Of a DNA stretch of 64,000 nucleotides, positions 62,204 through 64,000 are shown piece by piece (position 1 is the first letter of the stretch; each line of letters opens with the position of its first letter). The notes below the pieces were generated by a model, which saw only the letters and a program-made list of their open reading frames with translations, did not search any database and was not told the origin of the DNA. Location: the NCBI RefSeq assembly GCF_009914755.1, contig NC_060930.1. The stretch is one strand, 5' to 3'. The position numbers were made by a program, and so were the translations under genes. The DNA is from the human T2T-CHM13v2.0 reference genome, Homo sapiens.

Positions 62204-64000
62204 AATATCATTAAATATTAACATCTTGGGTAGATAATATGATTAGAGGGTGCCTGAGGACCAAACAAGGATTTTTACACGACAGAAGTTAAGAGAAATG
62301 AATTGATTATAGCCATCAGTAATATGAGTATAGTTTTAAATAAAGATGCATAATTATAGCATATTCATAAGAAAACATAAAATTATTTTAATCACTGAAT
62401 GTTCTATATACCTTTGTAGACAGGATCGTTCACTGATTCATTTATCCAAACATTCATTTCACTAAAATGTATTGAATAACTGCTATATACAGGGTCTCGT
62501 GAAGAAACCTGTGAAAAAAGTATGAATTTTGACATCCTCTTTTCAAATGTAACATAGGTCAATAAAGGCATTAGTTGTTTGACCAATAAATTATAGAAAA
62601 AACAACTCTCTACATTGATTGCTGCCTTAAAAACATTCCAAAAAAAAAGTTTTAGACTATTTAGACCCATTTCTTGATAGCTTTCCACTGTTCCTTCCAA
62701 TGCAAACCCACAGTCAGCACCAGGGATGGGAGTAGGAACCTTAAACTTGATTTGATTAATCATTAGTTTCAATGTATAGCTTGTCTTTTATTTAAAGGCA
62801 TATATGAGCACACACGCATGTACACATGCAAACACATACATCCTAAATGCATATGCCCATTAAAGTATTGATTTGGCAATAAGTTATGCAGCTGAATTTT
62901 GATCCTTAGTTTCTTCTCTCTGAAAATCAAGTCCAGATGATCTAAAACAAGCTGACAGTAAAAATGAGAGAACAGGTTTTACCAAATTTAGAACCACTTA
63001 AAACTTCATGGAATCTAAGTTTAGAATACACTGAATTTTCCAGCTCTTTCTGGGTTTTGCTTTGCCTAGCACTAGGTAGTGCATCTTTCCAGCAGTTTAA
63101 AAGGAGGAGGAGGAGAAAGAGCAGTAGCAGTTTGTGAAATAACTTCTGAAGCTTTTAGAAAATAAAAAGGGTAGAGAAAATGACACCATGATAACTTGGT
63201 TGTTAACTTTGCACGTTTCTCTAGAATTCACTTACCCCTAGGGCATGAACAGTTTCAAATGGATGGTAGGAAGGAGATGTTAGATGAAGGTCTTTTGAGT
63301 TTGAACAAACCTGAAGTATTTGAGAAGTGTCTGGAAATAAATGAGTCTAAACTACCACTGGACTTTTAATAGATACTGTTACAATTCACCAGAACATTTA
63401 AAACTCAAGACAATTTCTTCCAGGTCCCTAAAAACAAAACAATCAATGGTCATTGATGAAAAATCATATTACTTATTCATTCACTGTTTTCTAGTATTTC
63501 AGTGTTTATTACTATCCAGCCTCATCTGGGTTATATTTTAAAAACCAAACATTTTCCTACAGCTGTGAATTAGCTTAAACAGTACAATGTAGTTACCATA
63601 TTGTGCTTCAACTGCTAAACCTGTCATGTCACAGCACTACAATAACTCATTTAAAAATCAAGATTTTTAAAATATATGTTGATTAAAATGTACCACTAGA
63701 AAGGTATTACATGTCTTACAATGGAAGTGAAATGTATATAAGTATGGGTAAAAAGGCAAGTCACTAGTATGAGATGAAAACTAAAACTAAAACTAAAATT
63801 TTCATGGTAAAATACCAGCATGTGTGTACTTGTGCAGTGTACACTTCTAAACACTGAAGGCTTGTAAAAGTAAATGTGTTAAATAGAAGTCTGATAGTTT
63901 ATCATAAACCTACAGGGAAAAAAACCAGACTTTGTGTTTTTGATATTTTGTGCATTAATATATTATTACAAACATGAAGATGTTTGTGAGTGTTTGTTTT

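Overview
Primate (almost certainly human, 6q22.33) AT-rich genomic DNA. It contains the whole minus-strand gene TMEM244 (C6orf191). Five GT-AG exons (49956-49924, 34619-34534, 32369-32296, 22348-22223, 20149-20082) splice to a 128-aa ORF (MALQVRVAPSK...WWAALGISKLLV*). The rest is mostly interspersed repeats: a full-length but dead L1PA6-like element in intron 3, 15 Alu/Alu-monomer copies, old L1M, L2, MIR, MER/Tigger DNA transposons, MaLR/ERV1 LTRs and microsatellites. The main discovery is an intact sixth coding exon (14634-14540), 5.5 kb beyond the canonical stop and too short for the ORF track. It joins in phase to an internal donor in exon 5 (20105) and replaces ISKLLV* with SGLISMICGGQTLAYYLFKDNFIYPDLDNF*. 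The product is a 152-aa, four-TM protein that completes the SYS1-family C-terminal signature and ends in trafficking-like motifs, so the 128-aa form looks like an intronic-polyadenylation truncation. Other points: two upstream ATGs in the leader, an L1 antisense promoter/ORF0 aimed at exon 4, a ~470-bp local duplication in intron 1, and a MIR>Alu>L1 nested insertion. Gene identity, homologue comparisons and repeat subfamily names come from recall, not from a database search. Repeat boundaries are approximate.
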